A stretch of 63,456 bases of DNA, filler included, from Chiloscyllium plagiosum (GCF_004010195.1; 4 parts of one record of this genome joined end to end with filler, not necessarily neighbours in it); one strand, 5' to 3'. Numbered from the whole stretch's first letter, positions 37,947 to 50,949 are shown. Translations and numbers: made by a program. The notes: generated from the letters alone by a model not told the origin.

Positions 37947-40900
37947 ATAGTTGCCTGAGAACCAATCACATCGTTGCTGGTAGCAGACAGCCTTTGTCAG
38001 TGGTGAACCAGTGGCCAATAATCAATGAGCTCCTTGTCACAAACAAAGGTTGCATCTGTGTATAACCCCGTTCATCTCCAATCACATTTCAATTATTAGG
38101 TCACTATCAGGTGAATTGCTGTCAAACCTTGCAGCTGTCCTCCACTTTCGATCTGTTTATAAGGTCGCTCTTTTCACATTTTAGTCCACAATTACACTTC
38201 ATCCTTTTTTTAAAAAAAATGTTTATATATATATTCGCCCTGAGAAAACTAAAATGCCATTTCAAAAACGCATTTACTTGCAAAATACATGATGCACAAT
38301 TTTTATAGCAACTGCAGTCTATTTATTATTTCTCCCTTCTTGCAATGTTATCCAACCTTCACATTTCTTAAAGCTTTTACGTATTTCACCATTTGTATTT
38401 TAGGGCAATATATCTGAATTCTCATTAGGTTTTCTAGTGATGTATATAATAAAATGGTTACAACAAACGACACCATCAAAAGATGTTGCATTGTTAATTT
38501 GAAATTTTTAAAGAAGGCCAGTGGATTACAATCTGTGTAATTTTGTATTTCATTGTTCTTTGTTAGGTGGTCTTCGAAGTGCTAAAGATCTAACAGCAAT
38601 CCCAAAGTCCCCTTTCCTGTGGAAGAGGACTTTTCCAATGATCAGTATTGATTGTAGTAGAAATATCCTTCAGGTTCTCAATTCCTAATTCATCATCCTG
38701 GAACAACGTCGACCCAATTCAGAAGCATCAGCGGCCATTTTGAAAAGACTCGAAAACGCAGGGATGGTAAAATAGGTTCATCGATTCAAATTGCTTTCAT
38801 CCTTTCAACATTAACCTCGCACTCTACTAACTAAACTACCTTATTCTTATTTCGTTCAAAAACTTGTTGAAGGCGCAGCTGTTCAGACAAACTTCTGGAC
38901 AAATTTCCCATAAAGTCAAACAATGCAAAAATCTATTAAATTCTCATTTACTTTTAGGATCAAGAAATTCTAATAGTATCACTTTTGCTGTCTCCATAAA
39001 CATCTGTGCGCTTGTGTGCGTATGTCTGTGTGACTGTATCTGCACGTGTGTTTCTTTAAGGCGATATGAGTGCTTCTGTCTGTATGTGTCTCTGCAATCT
39101 CTCTGTATCTGTGATTGTGTCTGAGTATCTGTACGTATTTCCGTCTGTCACACGCACAGAGACAGGCACAAAACACACACACACGTACACACGTGCACAC
39201 GCACGTGCACACACACGTACACACACACGTTTAAACATCACCAAAAGCAATGTATCACTTCAAGCCCAAGATTAATAGACAGAGGTACAGATGTATTGGT
39301 TTTTAAACCACATTTTAATTGTTACAATCCCGAAAATAACAGAGAGCCAGTTGCACAGAGGTACAGACCCAGAGATACATAAACATGGAGACACACACTA
39401 ATACACACAATGAGACACAAACACACTCACATAAGCACAGATAGTCAGGCAGAGATAGATGGGTAGACACACAGAATCACAAAGACAGGAACACACGATA
39501 ATACACACACACATTCAGAGAAACACATGAATAAAGCCAAACAGATTCAGTGTGCAGTAACTGACACTGCGCTGTGTCTAACCATCTGCAGCACAATCTG
39601 TGTCCCATCAGCTCGTTCCCAGTTTTTACAGATGAAATGTTGATGAGAAAGTGGAACAGTCGCGTGAGGTCTCTCAGCATAATACCCGTGAAAAGGTGAA
39701 TCTAGTTAAAAGATCATGGTCATTTGAGCAACTAACAGACTTGTCCACTGGATCACTGGATGTCCAGTTGTGAAATGGATTGATGATGATGGCAAGTAGT
39801 TATGATCCCCATAATTAGGTAGAATTAACTTGCAGTGCAGCTTGCTCAGCACCACAGTCCCTTACATCATTATGGGTTTATCTAGATAAAATGAATGGCA
39901 GCAGTTCAAGACGCTAACTCATCGTCAACTTCGCCAGAACAATTATATCTGAGTAGTACGTGGTAACCCAGCGGTAATGAGCCAAACACATTAATGAACC
40001 ACAAAATAAAGGTCACTGTTTGAAACCCACGTGCTCCAATGCTGAGCTTTTGAATACATTGTGTCCATATTTGAGAAAATTGAAAAACGATTTCATTTGA
40101 ATTCATCAAATTCTGAACAGGCTTCAGAGGGTAGATGGTGAGAAATTGATCCTGTGGGTCTGGGTATCTAAAACACTATAACACAGTCTCAGGAGTTGCG
40201 GAAAGGCTCAGCAGGTCTGACAGAATCTGTGAAAAGAAGTCAGTGTTAAAGTTACACCATTTACAGATCTTTTGGTTATTAGTGACAGCACCCTCAGTGT
40301 AAGGGGCAGGTTATTTGGGAATGAGATGAGGAGAGAGCATTTAACTCTAAGGCCTCTAAGTCTTTAATATTCTCTGTCCCTGACGATTGTTGATGCACCC
40401 TCATTGAGTGCATTTCAGATTGGAAGGCACAGATTGCTGGTTTCTCAGGGAGTCACGGGATATGTGGATTGCACAGGAAACTGGATATGAAATCTAAGTC
40501 TAGCTTTGATTGGATTGACTACTAGAACAGACTGAACATTTTAAACAGGCTGTATAGACCTCTCATTCTTTCTTCAGCGTTAACCCCATTCCAATTGTTC
40601 ACTAATTATTACTTTTCTAACTTCCTACCGCTCTGCTGAATTCCCCTACTCTCATAACACATGAGCTAACCGTTCCCTTCTCTCGGCAGATATTGCATGA
40701 CCTTATCAGATTCCTCTGAATGGCCTGTGTTTATTTCAGAGAGAATTATAACTCCCTATTTCTGTTTCTGTGAGAGGAAACATTCTCCAAACCGTTTCCT
40801 TTAATTCTATTTGTTCACAGAGAAAGGAGGCATTGTTCTGTCCAAATGCATTACATGCTCATGAGGGCATCAATATATTGTGATGATTTTTAAAATAAAA

Positions 40901-42362
40901 TATATTAAACATAATGAAATTCATGATGAAAACACGAGACCAAATTCGATCTGTAAGGGGCACGAATTCAGTCATACGAGGTGAAATTGAGTGTCAAAAT
41001 TAGAATAATGCAGGAAAAGCACAGCAGGACAGGTAGCACCCGAGAAGCAGGAGAGTCGACATTTCGGGCAAAACACCATCATCGGGAATGAGGCTGGGAG
41101 CGTCCATCGTGGACAGAAAAATGGGAGGGAGTGGGGCTGCGGAGAAGGGAGCGAGAGCGCAATTGATGGATGGAGGTGGGTGTAAAGGTGATTGGTCGGA
41201 GAGGACGGTGGAGCGGATAGGTGGGAAGGAAGATTGGCAGGTAGGACAGGTCATGAGGATGGTGCCGAGCTGGCAGGATGGAACTGGGATAAGGTGGTCG
41301 GAGGAGGAAATCAGGTAAATGGTAAAGGCCACATTGATGCCCTGGGGTTGGAGGTTCCTGAGGAGGAAGATCAGGCGTTCTTCCACCAGGCGCCGGGTGG
41401 CGAGTGAGTGGTGATAGAGAAGTTCCACGTCCTGCATGTCCTCGGCAGATTCGGAGGGGAATTCAATTCTCCCTCCGTCAGTTGTTGTTCTGTATGTTGC
41501 TCCTGACCCATCAAAACACAGATCTGAGTGAATGCACAAACAACCTCTCTCTATACATTTCACTCAGAATAATGTCAATAACAGGACGGATTAAAACAAA
41601 ATGCTAACTGTGTTCAGTGCTGGACGTAGGGAATCATGTTACTGTAGAGCCTTTACAGCACTGAGATCAGGCTTTCGGCCCATCATTCACAAACCAGTCT
41701 GCGCTCCCTCTTGAAACCTCTCCAATTACCCAGATCCCTGTCTGATTGGACACTGTGTGTGTGGAGTTTGCACATTATCCCCGTGTCTGCGTGAGTTTCC
41801 TCCGGGTGCTCCAGTTTCCTCGCACAGTCCAAAGATGCGCAGGTTAGGGTGGATTTGCAACGCTCAATAGTCAGTAGTGTCCAGGTGAGTGTGGGTGATA
41901 TGGTTATCCATGAGAAATGCGGGGTTACAGGAATAGCGTAGAGGGTGAGACTTGGTGGGATGTATGATGAGCTGAATAGCCTGTTTCTACACTGTAAGAA
42001 TTTTATGATCCTATATTCCATCCCATCTATATCTGTGGATGAAGAGGACTATCACCTGATCAACTATCCCCTTCAATGGGTCAACGTTTGTTTTCTATCT
42101 GACAAAGAACTGCAGATGTTGCAGATCTGAGTGACAGCACAAAAATTGCTGGGAAACTCAGCAGGTCCGGCAGCATTTGTGGGGAGTGAACCTTTTGGAT
42201 CCAGTGATTGTTCTTAAGGGCTGAAGGCTTGTGATTCTGATGTTTTCAGACCTGTTGACGTTTTACAAGCAATTTCTTGTTTTGCTTTCAGCCCCAGTTC
42301 AGTTGGTGACTATCACGGCCTTGTTGTGTGTGTTTGGGAAAAGGGGCAGCTTATCAGCTAGC

Positions 42363-42434
42363 GCGGTGGTGGTGTGGTGGTGAACATAGCTGCCTTCCAA
42401 GCAGTTGATCTGGGTTCGATTCCCAGCCATCGCC
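42363..42434 (+). tRNA. tRNA-Gly(TCC) variant, possibly pseudogene
   Basis: 72-nt cloverleaf with all stems pairing (T stem CTGGG/CCCAG), anticodon loop CTTCCAA and an intact B box. Invariant A14 is changed to G and the discriminator is C. TTTT at 42456-42459. Confidence 0.9.
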
Positions 42435-43789
42435 GTGTTGTGGCATTTCCTGTAGTTTTGCAAGGAAAAGTCTTTCGCACCAACGTTGCATTCTGTGGCG
42501 AAATGGATTTGTCAGGTTGCTTCAGTGTTTTCATGGTGATGGTTCCTGTTAATTGCCGTGACAATCCGGGCAGCTTTGCTCGAAAGCTTTCCACTCTGCT
42601 GCCCATTGCTTATTTGAATATTGTTCGCAACATAAGGTTCGTTTTGTTTTGTTGGAAAAGTGAGGGATTGCTATTGTCAGAAACTTTAAATAATTACAGA
42701 AGCCCCTGGAAATTCGGAACAGATCCAACAGCTTCTATCGTGGACAGGAAGGAGGTTCCAATTTCTTCAAAGTTAAGATACATTTGCACCACAAAACCAG
42801 TTGGAAGCTTAAGAATTACAAACATCACATTATACCTTTTCCTCATCCGTTCACGTTTCACAATATCATTCCGGGAGCAGGAAGACCAGTTTTGCGTGGT
42901 TTATGCAATGTTACCATATTCGAACATTGACTTTTTCGTAGTTAAATGATGTTTCATTTCGTTCAGTTTTCCAATAGAGTTGGGTTAGTCAACACTTTGC
43001 TTTTTGTTTGTGTTACAACGATAGTGCGAAGTAAATTGTGTTTCGGTTCAAGCCTGGAAGTTTCACCAATTGAATTGCATTGTCGTACATTTGCCTTCAG
43101 GGGAAAAGAAAAAGGGACCTAGACAATCTTCTTAACTCATAGGAGTTTGATCTGGTTCAAAACCTCCTCAATTTCGGTCAATAAATGTTCCTACAGTCCG
43201 CAACAATGATTTTCACAGATTAAAGGAGGATGCACAGACATCGTAATTAATTGTTCTTACCTCGGACATGAGACGTTTGGGAATGATATTCCTCAGACCA
43301 TCGACTGTCTGCTCAGCTAAGGTTAAAGGCCTGGAATCCGGCAAAATTGGGAACAATGCAATTCCCAGGAGACTGAGAGGTTACTAACAGAGCGGGAGGT
43401 GGAGAGTCGGGAACAGAACTACAGGGACATTCCGCTCTGATCACTGACCCTTCACCGTCAGTAAATCCAGTGCCAGGAATGACTGCCATTGGTCAGAATG
43501 ACAAAATGTTATTATGGAAAATAAAGAGCATGAAAGCAAGGGAAGGTTTAAAGCATGAACCCCACTGGCGATCTGTGGCAAGGGGTCTGTAGAATGCAGG
43601 ATGAGTTAAGAATAGTGGAATTCTCTCACACCAACTAGCAAAGAAAGGTTGACCCTGAAAGGTCTCGATGGTGAGATTAGATTACAGTNNNNNNNNNNNN
43701 NNNNNNNNNNNNNNNNNNNNNNNNNNNNNNNNTTAATTAATTAANNNNNNNNNNNNNNNNNNNNNNNNNNNNNNNNNNNNNNNNNNNNT

Positions 43790-43955
43790 AGCCTTGCTTT
43801 CCTCTCTCTGTAACATCTCCGGCCTTGCTATCTTCTCTCTCTGTAATATCTCCGGCCTTATTTTCCTCTCTCCCTGTAACATCTCAAACATTGCTTTCCT
43901 CTCTCCCTGTAAAATCTTCAGCTTTGCTTTCCTATCTCTGTAACATCTCCAGCCT
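43790..43955. repeat. Minisatellite, about five degenerate 31-35-bp units
   Basis: Repeated CCTTGCTTTCCTCTCTC(C)TGTAACATCTCCGG-like unit. Confidence 0.8.
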
Positions 43956-44553
43956 GATCTCCTTCACACCTCAGTGAGTGGTTTTTACGCACCTCAGTGA
44001 ATGGGTGATATATTTGCTCCTGCATTCCCATCTTTCTGGGGCTCTATAAAACATCCCCAGCAGTGTGCCTGTCATCGTTTGGAACCTTTTCTCGACCCAT
44101 AATGCCTCATTTGAAGACACGTCCAAGATATCTTCCCTCATTACTGCAGTAACTGTTCTTTAATTAATAATGCAACACCACCTCCTGTTTAACACCCTCT
44201 CCTGTCCTGACTATAGTTCCAGTACAACAGAATACTGAGTTGTTAGCCCTGACCTCCCTCAAATACATCTCTGTGATGGCAAAAATATTCCACCTCCACA
44301 TGTCGACTCATGCCATTGTCACAACAGTCTGTCCTCAATCATTCACTATTTATTATCAGGCTGCCCAAACCATGAACCAAAATTGTAACTCTGGGACTGA
44401 ATGAATATTTGTTGAATTGTAATTTCTTTTTTTAAAAAAAAGAATGTATTCATCAAGGGCAACTTTACAGAACTGAGCAGTCAGCTCCACATGCAATGAG
44501 TCCTGATGGTTAATTCCTCCCCTCAGTGTGCAGAGGGGACAGCCCTCAGTAAT

Positions 44554-44682
44554 GGAGAAAGTGAGGACTGCAGTCGATGGAGATCAGAGTCGAAAAGTGT
44601 GGTACTGGAAAAGCACAACAGGTCAGGCAGCATTCGAGGAGCAGGAGAGTCGATAGTTCGGGCATGAGCTCTTTATCAGGAA
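44554..44682 (-). mobile_element. Solo Penelope pLTR fragment with decayed hammerhead
   Basis: GGAGAAAGTGAGGACTGCAG...CAGGTCAGGCAGC...TTCGGGCATGAGCTCTTTATCAGG. Confidence 0.8.
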
Positions 44683-45616
44683 GGCATTGGTGCATTCCTT
44701 TTTTTTTGATTCCGTGATTTGCAGGATGTTGGGAACCATACTTGCTCAGCAAGGCAGCACTGTATATAGCACTGAAAAGGATAGCAGTCAATCAATTGGT
44801 TGGATAGTGTGTAGACAGGTTGAGGGGAAATACAGACTGATTGAAGTACAAACATAAGGATGGATAAATCCCCTGAGCCAGGTGGGGTATACACAAGGTT
44901 ACTCCAGGAGGTGATGGAAGAGATTGGTGTGACTTTGGTAATAATATATGCGTCTTCACTGTTCACTGGAGTAGTGCCAGATGTTTTGCGGGGTTGCAAA
45001 TGTTATCCCCTTGTTCAGGGAAGGGAATAGGGATAACCCTGGGAATGATAGAACAGTCAGTCTTACACCAGTGGTGGGCAAAGTATTGGAGCCGATTCTG
45101 AGAGACAGGATTTCCGATTACTTAAAAAAAAACGTAGTATGATCAAAGGTAGTCAACATGGCTTTTTGAAGAGCAGGTCATGCCTCACAAAGCTTACTTT
45201 GAAGATGTGAAAAAAATGTTGATGAAGATAGATCAGTAGATGTGGTGAACACAAATTTTAGAAGGCGTTTGATAAGGTTCCCCGTTGTGGGCTCATTCAG
45301 AAGGTAATGAGGCATGGGACGCAGGGAAATTTGGCTCTCTGGATACGGGCGTGGCTGGCCCATAGAAGACAGAGGGTGGTAGCAGATAGAAAGCATTCAG
45401 CCTGGAGCTCAGTGAGCAGTGGCATTCCACAGGGATTTGTTCTGGGGCCTGTGCTATTTGTGATTTTTATAAATGACTTTGACGAGGAAGTGGAATGGTG
45501 GGTTAGAAAGTTTGCCGATGACATGAAGGTTGATGGAGTTCTGGATAGTGTGGTGGGTTGTTGTAGTTTGCAACAGGACATTGACAGGATACAGAGCTGG
45601 GCTGATAAGTGGCAGA

Positions 45617-45843
45617 GCTGAAAATGTGTTGCTGGAAAAGCGCAGCAGGTCCGGCAGCATCCAGGGAACAGGAGAATCGACGTTTCGGGCATAAGCCCTT
45701 CTTCAGGAAGGGCTTCTTCCTGAAGAAGGGCTTATGCCCGAAACGTCGATTCTCCTGTTCCCGGGATGCTGCCTGACCTTCTGCGCTTTTCCAGCAACAC
45801 ATTTTCAGCTCTGATCTCCAGCATCTACAGACCTCACTTTCTC
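45617..45843. mobile_element. Palindromic PLE-derived mini-element with 15-bp TSD and two opposed hammerhead cores
   Basis: Inverted arms of about 98 bp (45613-45710 / 45716-45813); TSD CTGATAAGTGGCAGA at 45602-45616 and 45844-45858; interrupts the CR1 RT. Confidence 0.92.
45720..45747 (+). ncRNA. Minimal type I hammerhead ribozyme core (mirror copy 45679-45706, -)
   Basis: CTGAAGA-A-GGGC-TTAT-GCCC-GAAAC-GTC with palindromic ACGT in place of stem III. Confidence 0.78.
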
Positions 45844-47824
45844 CTGATAAGTGGCAGATAGAGTTTAACCGTTTAAAGTATGAATTGATTTAATTTGGAA
45901 AGGTTGCATTTGCATACAGGATACAGGGTTAAATGCAGAATTCTTGGCAGTGTGGAGTAACAGAGGGATTTTGGGGTCCACGTCCATAGTTTCCTCAGTG
46001 TTGCCACCGACGTTGATAACGTTGTTAAGGAGGTATATGGTGTGTTGGCTTTCATTATGGGGGATTGAGTTTAAGAGCAGCGAGGTTAATGCTTAGGTCA
46101 ATAAAGCTGCGGTTTAACCACACGAGGAGTATTGTGTTCAGATCTGGTTGCCTCAGTATAGGAAACTTGTAGAAGCCTCAGACAGTGTGTAGAGGAGATT
46201 TACCAGGATGCTGCCAGGACTGGAGGACACGTCTTAGGGAGAAGGTTTGAGGGAGCTGGGGCTTTTCTCCCTGGAGCGAAGAAGGATGAGANNNNNNNNN
46301 NNNNNNNNNNNNNNNNNNNNNNNNNNNNNNNNNNNNNNNNNNNNNNNNNNNNNNNNNNNNNNNNNNNNNNNNNNNNGTTAGTACATTGAAGGTTATGTAG
46401 GTTAGTCTGATCTTAGAGTAGGATAAAAGGCTGCCAAAACATTGAGAGCTGAAGCGCCTGCACTGTGCTGTACTGTTTTATGTTCCACGTTTCACTCAGT
46501 TTGTGGATTCTCGTCGGTTGGTGAATGTGGGAGGAAGTGGGGCGGGTGAGGGAGTGAGGCGGGTGAGGGAGTGAGGTGTGTGTGGTCAGGAAGCTGGGGT
46601 GGGGCGTTAGACCAAGACTTCCAGTTTTGATGTACTTTGTTACATTCACCTGAATGTCAGCACAATATGTGAGGTTTCCAAGACCAGACAAAATCCACCA
46701 AGTTCAGTTATTAAAACGATTCTTGGCTTGCCATTTGCTCCTGGTTTATTCAGATACGTTCTGTTGGATGACCTACAATTAGTATCTGAGCATCCACAGG
46801 CATGTACAATTTTGTTTTGATCCTGGTTAATGTGAAGGTACATTTATTGGATATAGTTTCATAGCGTTCACTGTGAGACACAAGGTGCTGCAATAGACTG
46901 TCAATTGTGAACGTTTTCACCCAGTGTCTGGTCCAGGGGGCAGATGTATGGAATCTGGAGGTCATGCCAGATGTCATCACCATAAGTAACTTGTGCAGTG
47001 TGATTCTGACATTCCATGTCCATACATCTGCTCCCTGGGCCAAGCTCTGACTGATGATGAATTTATAAGGCATGGTTCCTGGTCAGTCATTGGTATCTAA
47101 TTCAGACAGCATTTGTACCTACACTGAGAGCAGTGATAGGCTTTTGGTTAGTTTCCTCCTGCTCAAGGCGGATCCCAAATGAATCTCTGTCAGAGAATGT
47201 TTGAATAACTGCCTTGACCCGGGTTGGAAACTGTCTGGTCAGATTCAGGAGCAGGCCAGTGTCTCACTCAGTGCCACAAGCAGCTGTGAGGTCCAGTAAC
47301 ACTGTACCCGAATTCAGGCCTTCTGGAATCCACTTTTAATGTTGGTCATGATGCAAAGTCATGGGTTTACTGATCTGAACAATGATCAGGAATTTGCCAT
47401 GTTTGTTAATTGGGCAATAATAAGGTTTGAGCTACAATTATTCAACTGAACAATAACTGCATCATCTCTGAAAACAATTAAGTTGATTCTATATTGATGG
47501 AATTAAAATATAAACACGAAAAACCTTTTATTATACAAAAGTAAGGAATCACATTTTGTTTTGTATCGAAAACGAACGTGTCTGGCTATTTTAGTGATCA
47601 CAATTACACATTGAATCTCAGTATTCAAATACATACATTGTCGCTCTATCAGTTACAAAGTGGCTGACCTCTAACTGATTACATATTCAGATTGAACAAA
47701 TGATTGAAATATCAAATAGACTTACAACTCTTACACATTTAAATATAATCAATCGATTTAATTTCTCACCTGAAATATGTGAGCTTCAGCTATTTGCCAA
47801 CAATTCTATTAGTTTTAAAATAAC

Positions 47825-49079
47825 GATGGAAAAGGATAGACTAGATGTAAATGTTAATGTTCTAAATTGGAGAAATGCCAATTTTTATGGTATTAGGCAA
47901 TAACTGTCAAAAGCTGATGGCAGCAGATGTTCGCAGGGAAAGGGATGGCTGGAAAATGGAAAGCCTTCAGAAATGAGATAACGAGAGTTCAGAGACAATA
48001 TATTCCTGTTGGGATGAAAGGAAAGGCTGGTAGGTATAGAGAATGATTAATGACTAATGAAATTGTGGATCTGGTTAAGAAAAAAGAGGAAGCATATGAC
48101 AGGTACAGGCAGGATAGGTCGAGTGAATCCTTAGAAGAGTATAAAGGCAGGAGGAGTATACTAGAGAGGGAAGTCAGGAAATCAAAAAGGGGACTTCAGA
48201 TAGTTTTGACAAATAGATTTAGGGAGAATCCAAAAGGACTTTACAAATACATTGAGGACAAAAGGGTAAATAGGGAGAGAATAGAGCTCTCAAAGTTCAG
48301 CAAGACAGCCTTTGTGTGGAGCTGCAGGAAGAAAGGGAGATACTAAATGAGTATTTTGTATCAGTGTTTACTCAGGAGAAGGACATGGACAATGTAGATA
48401 GACAGAGAAATAGATGGTGACATCTTAAAAAATGTTCATATTACAGAGGAGGAAGTGCTGATTTCTTGAAATGAATAAAAGTGGATAGATCCCCAGGACC
48501 CGATCGATCAGGTATAGCCTAGAGCTCTGTGGGAAGCTAGAGAACTGATTGCTGGGCCTCTTGCTGAGATACTTGCACCATTGATTGCCACAAGTGAGAT
48601 GCCAGAAGACTGGAGGTTGGCGAACGTGGTGCCACTGTTTAAGAAAAGTGGTAAGGACAAGCCAGGGAACTATAGACCAGTGAGACTGACGTCAGTGGAG
48701 GGCATGTTGTTGCAGGGAATCCTGAGGGACAGGATGAACATGTATTTGGAAAGGCAAAGACTGATTAGGGATAGTCAACATGGCTTTGTGTGTGAAAAAT
48801 GATGTCTCACTAACTTGATTGAATTTTTTGCAGAAGTAACAAAGAGGATTGATGAAAGCAGAGCGGTGGACGTGACCTATATGGACTTCAGTAAGGCATT
48901 CGATAAGGTTCCCCAAGGGAGACTGTTTAGCAAGGTTAGATCTCATTGGAGTACAGGGAGAACTAGCCAGTCTAGCTAAAAGTAGAAGACAGAGGCTGGT
49001 GGTGGAGTGTTGTTTTTCAGATTGGAGGCATGTGACTAGTGGAGTGTCACAAGGATCAGTGCTGGGTCCACTACTTTTT
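47825..49079 (+). mobile_element. CR1 LINE ORF2 fragment
   Basis: MPEDWRLANVVPLFKKSGKDKPGNYRPV, YMDFSKAFDKVP and GVSQGSVLGPLLF. Confidence 0.95.
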
Positions 49080-49579
49080 NNNNNNNNNNNNNNNNNNNNN
49101 NNNNNNNNNNNNNNNNNNNNNNNNNNNNNNNNNNNNNNNNNNNNNNNNNNNNNNNNNNNNNNNNNNNNNNNNNNNNNNNNNNNNNNNNNNNNNNNNNNNN
49201 NNNNNNNNNNNNNNNNNNNNNNNNNNNNNNNNNNNNNNNNNNNNNNNNNNNNNNNNNNNNNNNNNNNNNNNNNNNNNNNNNNNNNNNNNNNNNNNNNNNN
49301 NNNNNNNNNNNNNNNNNNNNNNNNNNNNNNNNNNNNNNNNNNNNNNNNNNNNNNNNNNNNNNNNNNNNNNNNNNNNNNNNNNNNNNNNNNNNNNNNNNNN
49401 NNNNNNNNNNNNNNNNNNNNNNNNNNNNNNNNNNNNNNNNNNNNNNNNNNNNNNNNNNNNNNNNNNNNNNNNNNNNNNNNNNNNNNNNNNNNNNNNNNNN
49501 NNNNNNNNNNNNNNNNNNNNNNNNNNNNNNNNNNNNNNNNNNNNNNNNNNNNNNNNNNNNNNNNNNNNNNNNNNNNNNN

Positions 49580-50915
49580 GTCCAATAATCAAGCTTATCA
49601 GATTTAAAGGAACTCCCATATGGCCAATTTCCTTGTGGACATGTGTAAAGGTCTCCTGTGAAGTGGGTAAAGTTACCACCATCCCCTGTCTCTTTCAGCA
49701 CAGTGTCTGCCAGTGAAACTGGTATAACAAGAGAATCTCCTATCTTTACTTTGATTTTCACGTATTAACAGGGCGGCGTGGTTAGCACTGCTACCTCACA
49801 GCGCCAGGGTCCCAGGTTCGATTTCAGCCTTGGGCGACTGTCTGTCTGCAGTTTGCACATTCTCTCCATGTCTGCCTGGGACTCCTCCGTGTGCTCCGGT
49901 TTCCTCGCACAATCACAAAGATGTGCAAGTCAGGTGAAATGGCCGTGCTAAATTGCCCATAGTGTCAGGTGCATTGGCGGGAGGGAAATGGGTCTGCATG
50001 GCTTACTCTTCCGAGGGTCGGTGTGGACTGGTTGGGTCGACGGGCCTGTTTCTACACTATAGGGAATCTAAACTTACATGCCTCCTCAATATCGTCTTGT
50101 ACAACATCGATCCTGGGCCGTTCTCACCACATGGTTGGGGTTGCCCAGCTATCACATCCCAGCAGTGGGTGGAATTCCCTGCCGCCATGGCGTACTGGAA
50201 GTCCTGCGCTGACTGCTAAGCATTGCACTTCAGTNNNNNNNNNNNNNNNNNNNNNNNNNNNNNNNNNNNNNNNNNNNNNNNNNNNNNNNNNNNNNNNNNN
50301 NNNNNNNNNNNNNNNNNNNNNNNNNNNNNNNNNNNNNNNNNNNNNNNNNNNNNNNNNNNNNNNNNNNNNNNNNNNNNNNNNNNNNNNNNNNNNNNNNNNN
50401 NNNNNNNNNNNNNNNNNNNNNNNNNNNNNNNNNNNNNNNNNNNNNNNNNNNNNNNNNNNNNNNNNNNNNNNNNNNNNNNNNNNNNNNNNNNNNNNNNNNN
50501 NNNNNNNNNNNNNNNNNNNNNNNNNNNNNNNNNNNNNNNNNNNNNNNNNNNNNNNNNNNNNNNNNNNNNNNNNNNNNNNNNNNNNNNNNNNNNNNNNNNN
50601 NNNNNNNNNNNNNNNNNNNNNNNNNNNNNNNNNNNNNNNNNNNNNNNNNNNNNNNNNNNNNNNNNNNNNNNNNNNNNNNNNNNNNNNNNNNNNNNNNNNN
50701 NNNNNNNNNNNNNNNNNNNGGGTCGAGGAAGCTTATTGGTAGTTTGTCTTGGGAAGTGTATTCCCTGGTTTGTGAATAACTGTGATCATGTATGGTTTCC
50801 CTTGTCAGCCTGTTTGGTCAATGCTGAGGCATTTTGGGTGTTCCTTGTATGGCTTGGACAGGCTTGATTTTCTGTGTCCTTATTGACCATGCTGTGTGTA
50901 GGCAGGTTTGCATGT
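49580..50915 (-). mobile_element. gag: Second copy of ERV B 5' region (LTR/leader/gag matrix) including the same HE1 SINE (49771-50072, +)
   Basis: Reverse-complement match of 49655-50234 to 30368-30946 and of 50721-50763 to 29673-29715. Matrix-like GNWPYGSSFKSDKL; start codon context encodes MAAGNS. The outer (50915) boundary is a guess. Confidence 0.85.
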
Positions 50916-50949
50916 CATTTCCCATTCTGTTGAAAAATAAACTTTCTGA

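Larger units (their letters stand above)
37073..43688. repeat. Segmental duplication, right arm (reverse complement of 16521-23938)
   Basis: Same element order in reverse. It lacks the 22458-23087 insertion and 20378-20630, and has an extra tandem copy at 37702-37946. Confidence 0.95.
44800..46490 (+). mobile_element. CR1 LINE ORF2/RT to 3' tail (spans an N gap)
   Basis: DKSPEPGG, GIPQGFVLGPVLFVIFINDFD..KFADDMK; tail at 46377-46490. Confidence 0.93.

Noticed and set aside
42374..42949. 191-aa ORF with a 127-aa paralog at 17471-17854
   Set aside because: It starts inside a tRNA gene, has no recognisable domain and is frameshifted between copies; the similarity is explained by recent duplication.
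43790..43955. Regular ~33-bp repeats resembling a CRISPR array
   Set aside because: There are no unique spacers and no cas genes, and the context is vertebrate; it is a minisatellite.
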